64,000 bases of DNA, from IMG/VR virus record IMGVR_UViG_3300030387_000070; one strand, given 5' to 3'. Numbering within the stretch: position 1 is the stretch's first letter; each line of letters starts with the position of its first letter. The stretch is from a virus. The notes beneath the pieces were generated by a model. The model was given only the letters and a program-made list of their open reading frames with translations. It was not told the DNA's origin and ran no database searches. Positions 61,150-64,000 of this stretch are shown one piece after another. The position numbers and the translations under genes are program-made.

Positions 61150-61224
61150 ATGGCAAAGGACGAAGCCCGTCACGGCCGTGGCTTCGAGGGCCTGCTGAAG
61201 CGCTACTTCAACACCGAAGTCTGA
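61150..61224 (+). pseudogene. 3'-terminal remnant of a rubrerythrin-family gene
   Basis: Encodes MAKDEARHGRGFEGLLKRYFNTEV*, which matches the remembered C-terminus (..ARDEARHGKAFEGLLKRYF) of rubredoxin/rubrerythrin-type peroxidases. An in-frame TAG lies immediately upstream (61147-61149). GC content rises sharply here. Confidence 0.5.
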
Positions 61225-61249
61225 TAAGGGTTCCCCGGTTATCTATGCT

Positions 61250-61288
61250 GCCCGCTGCAAGGACATTCCGCCTTGCAGCGGGCTTTTT
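61250..61288 (+). terminator. rho-independent terminator
   Basis: GCCCGCTGCAAGG-ACATTCC-GCCTTGCAGCGGGC followed by TTTTT. Confidence 0.8.
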
Positions 61289-61380
61289 GTGTTTCAATCG
61301 TGGTGACGACTTCTTTCGTAAAAATGGAATCCTAAAGATGCGCAAAGCGAACGCGGTGCGCATTTAAAATCGTCCCGCTA

Positions 61381-61421
61381 AAAGAGGCAGCTGCGCAGAA
61401 TTTCGCACAGCTGCCTCTTTT
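61381..61421. terminator. bidirectional hairpin terminator (serves copA on the - strand)
   Basis: AAAGAGGCAGCTGCGC-AGAATTTC-GCACAGCTGCCTCTTTT, with A/T runs on both sides. Confidence 0.75.
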
Positions 61422-61435
61422 GTGGTGGCTGAACC

Positions 61436-63994
61436 TTACTGGATGCCGGTAACAGGATAATCCTGTGCTTCCACGGCCTTCTTCAGCACCTCATCGTCCA
61501 CTTCGGCGTTCAGGGTAACGATGGCGGTACCGGCTTCGTGGCTGACAACAGCCTCGTCCACCTGCGGCAGAGCCTCCAAAGCCTTCTTGACGCGGGCTTC
61601 ACAGTGATGGCACATCATACCTTCTACGGTCAGGGTCTTTTTCATAGCAATCTTCTCCTTGTAAGTTGTATCTTCCTCCGCTGCGGGCTGCACAAGGGCA
61701 GCGGGCAGGGCAGGGACGTGTTTGGGCGGGTGGTCATGTTTTGCGCTGTGCAGGTCAAACAGGTTCAGCCGCAAGGCGTTGCTCACCACGCAGAAGCTGG
61801 AAAGGCTCATGGCAGCTGCGCCGAACATGGGGTTCAGCGTCAGTCCCAATGGAATGAACACACCGGCTGCCAGCGGGATGCCGATGATGTTATAGATGAA
61901 CGCCCAGAACAGGTTTTCGTGGATGTTGCGCAGGGCAGCACGGCTCAGCCGGATGGCGGCGGGCACGTCCGACAGCTTGGAGTTCATCAGTACCACGTCT
62001 GCAGCGTCAATGGCTACGTCTGTGCCTGCGCCAATGGCAATGCCGGTGTCAGCGCGGGTCAGGGCAGGAGCATCGTTGATGCCGTCGCCCACCATAGCTA
62101 CCTTGCCGTACTTTTGCAGCTGCCGGATGACGGCCTCCTTGCCCTCGGGCAGCACTCCCGCGATCACCTCGTCCACCCCGGCCTGTCGGCCAATGGCCTC
62201 GGCAGTGCGCTGGTTGTCGCCGGTCAGCATCACGACCCGGATACCCATATTTCGCAGCTCCCGGATGGCCTGCGGGCTGTCCTCCTTGATGGTATCTGCC
62301 ACTGCGATAACGCCCAGCAAACGACCTGCGCCACCAAAGAACAGGGGCGTCTTACCCTGTGCAGCCAGCGCGGCGGCTTCGGCTTGCAGCGCAGCGGGGA
62401 TGGCGACCTTTGCGCCGATAAAGGCCGCATTGCCGCCAAAGATCTCCTTGCCTTCCAGCGTGGCGGTAAGGCCGTTGCCCGGCAGGGCGGTAAAATCGGT
62501 AACAGAGGGCAGCTCCAGCTGCTTTTCCTCCGCATAGGCCAGCACTGCCCGCGCCAACGGGTGCTCGCTGCGGCCCTCCAGCGCGGCGGCCAGCGTGAGC
62601 AGCTCGGTCTCAGTCACGCCCGCAGCGGGCAGAAGGTCGGTGACGGTAGGTTCGCCGCAGGTGATTGTGCCGGTCTTGTCCAGCGCTACGATGCGGGTGC
62701 GTCCGGCTTCTTCCAGCGCCGCAGCGGTCTTGAACAGGATGCCGTTCTTCGCACCAAGGCCGTTGCCCACCATAATAGCCACCGGCGTTGCCAGACCCAG
62801 CGCACAGGGGCAGCTGATGACCAGCACCGAGATGCCCCGCGCCAGCGCGTAGCCCACATCCCGCCCCAGCAGCAGCCAGACAAGGGTGGTGACCACCGCA
62901 ATGCTGATGACCGCAGGCACGAAAAAGCCGGATACGGTATCTGCGATCTTTGCAATGGGGGCTTTGGTGGCGGCGGCATCGCTGACCATGCGGATGATCT
63001 GCGCCAGCGTGGTGTCCTCGCCTACGCGGGTAGCGCGGCACTGCAAATAGCCGGACTGGTTGGTGGTGGCGGCGCTTACCTTATCGCCCACGGCCTTGTC
63101 CACCGGGATGCTTTCGCCGGTCAGGGCGCTCTCGTTCACGGCGCTGCTGCCCTCCAGCACAATGCCGTCCACCGGGATGTTCTCGCCCGGACGCACCACA
63201 AAGATGTCCTCTTTCTGCACCTGCTCAATGGGCACGGTCACCTCGGCACCGTCCCGCAGCAGGGTGGCGGTTTTGGGGGCTAGCTTCATCAGGCTTTTGA
63301 GCGCATCGGTGGTCTTGCCCTTGGAGCGTGCCTCCAGCATTTTGCCCACCGTGATGAGGGTCAAAATCATGGCGGCAGACTCAAAATAGAACTCCATCAT
63401 GTAGTGCATGACTAGTTCCTCGTTGCCGTGTAGCTGCGCATCGGTCATGGCAAACAGGGCGTAGGTGCTCCATACAAAGCTTGCCATCGAGCCCATAGCC
63501 ACCAGCGTATCCATGTTGGGGGAGCGGTGCACCAGCCCCTTGAAGCCGTTGATGAAAAATTTCTGGTTGATCACCATCACGATGCCCGCCAGCAGCAGCT
63601 GTACCAGCCCCATGGCAATGTGGTTGCCGTCAAACCAGCGGGGCAGCGGCCAGCCCCACATCATGTGCCCCATGGAAAAGTACATCAGCACCAGCAAAAA
63701 GCCCAGCGAGGCGATAAGCCGCCGCTTTAGCTTGGGTGTTTCGTGGTCGGCCAGTGCGTCCAGCTCTGCGCTGGTACTGGCAGCGGCAGCAGCGGTCTTT
63801 TTAGGGCTTGCACCGTAACCGGCCTGCTCTACGGCACGGATAATGGCGGAATCTTCTGCTGTGCCCTCCACCCCCATGGAGTTTGTCAGCAGGCTTACCG
63901 AACAGCCGGTAACGCCCGGCACGCTCTTTACGGCCTTTTCTACCCGGGCAGAGCAGGCCGCGCAGCTCATGCCGGTAACGTTGAATTGTTCCAT
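61436..63994 (-). CDS. copA: copper-translocating P-type ATPase
   Basis: 852 aa. N-terminal [21 protein letters not shown] motif [30 protein letters not shown], and a C-terminal second [19 protein letters not shown]-rich. Confidence 0.95.
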   Translation of the reverse strand: MEQFNVTGMSCAACSARVEKAVKSVPGVTGCSVSLLTNSMGVEGTAEDSAIIRAVEQAGYGASPKKTAAAAASTSAELDALADHETPKLKRRLIASLGFLLVLMYFSMGHMMWGWPLPRWFDGNHIAMGLVQLLLAGIVMVINQKFFINGFKGLVHRSPNMDTLVAMGSMASFVWSTYALFAMTDAQLHGNEELVMHYMMEFYFESAAMILTLITVGKMLEARSKGKTTDALKSLMKLAPKTATLLRDGAEVTVPIEQVQKEDIFVVRPGENIPVDGIVLEGSSAVNESALTGESIPVDKAVGDKVSAATTNQSGYLQCRATRVGEDTTLAQIIRMVSDAAATKAPIAKIADTVSGFFVPAVISIAVVTTLVWLLLGRDVGYALARGISVLVISCPCALGLATPVAIMVGNGLGAKNGILFKTAAALEEAGRTRIVALDKTGTITCGEPTVTDLLPAAGVTETELLTLAAALEGRSEHPLARAVLAYAEEKQLELPSVTDFTALPGNGLTATLEGKEIFGGNAAFIGAKVAIPAALQAEAAALAAQGKTPLFFGGAGRLLGVIAVADTIKEDSPQAIRELRNMGIRVVMLTGDNQRTAEAIGRQAGVDEVIAGVLPEGKEAVIRQLQKYGKVAMVGDGINDAPALTRADTGIAIGAGTDVAIDAADVVLMNSKLSDVPAAIRLSRAALRNIHENLFWAFIYNIIGIPLAAGVFIPLGLTLNPMFGAAAMSLSSFCVVSNALRLNLFDLHSAKHDHPPKHVPALPAALVQPAAEEDTTYKEKIAMKKTLTVEGMMCHHCEARVKKALEALPQVDEAVVSHEAGTAIVTLNAEVDDEVLKKAVEAQDYPVTGIQ

Positions 63995-64000
63995 TGTTGT

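Noticed and set aside
61538-63389. Several + strand ORFs (61538-63283, 61896-62537, 63060-63389 and others) and extra - strand ORFs overlapping copA.
   Set aside because: They are typical alternative-frame ORFs of GC-rich DNA, rich in Arg, Gly, Ala and Pro. The - strand frame at 61436-63994 carries all the P-type ATPase motifs.

Overview
About 61 kb of this window is an AT-rich phage or prophage segment (roughly 40% GC by eye) in which every convincing gene is on the + strand. At about 61.04-61.15 kb it meets GC-rich host DNA (over 60% GC by eye). The host part holds a 3' remnant of a rubrerythrin-family gene, two terminators and copA on the - strand.

The phage part, in order:
- 1-7.5 kb: about 27 tiny early ORFs.
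- 7.5-16.6 kb: a Bro-N anti-repressor, a tyrosine recombinase, a DnaD-like protein, a Lar-like protein, a SleB-like hydrolase, an orphan MazF-like RNase and a degenerate recombinase-like protein.
- 16.7-20.6 kb: a kinase-phosphatase-ligase (Pnkp-type) RNA-repair fusion, then an island of at least 7 tRNAs with a free-standing HNH endonuclease.
- 20.8-22.3 kb: a rearranged and frame-broken C5-cytosine methyltransferase.
- 23-41 kb: a replication block. It has an SSB-like protein, a Sak4-like ATPase, a frame-broken PAPS-reductase-like gene, a DnaB-like helicase, a primase, a RecJ-like DHH protein, phosphatases, DnaE carrying an HNH intein, a RecD-like helicase and an ATP-dependent DNA ligase.
- 43-61 kb: nucleotide metabolism (thyX, nrdD, nrdG, dut, folD), LemA and SPFH membrane proteins, many small paralogous ORFs, and an excisionase-like HTH next to an att-like repeat cluster.

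No virion or lysis module, CRISPR array or rRNA is visible, so the element must continue upstream of the window.

Most noteworthy:
1. The MazF, RNA-repair and tRNA neighbourhood.
2. A 21-bp motif with an invariant ACAGGATAC, present 7 times in both orientations at promoters.
3. The circularly permuted, split and multiply frame-shifted methyltransferase.
4. A (GA)7 tract exactly at the frame break of the PAPS-reductase-like gene.
5. A tRNA-Gln(UUG)-like gene with a long extra arm.
6. The DnaE intein.

All calls come from reading the sequence and from remembered family motifs. No searches were run.
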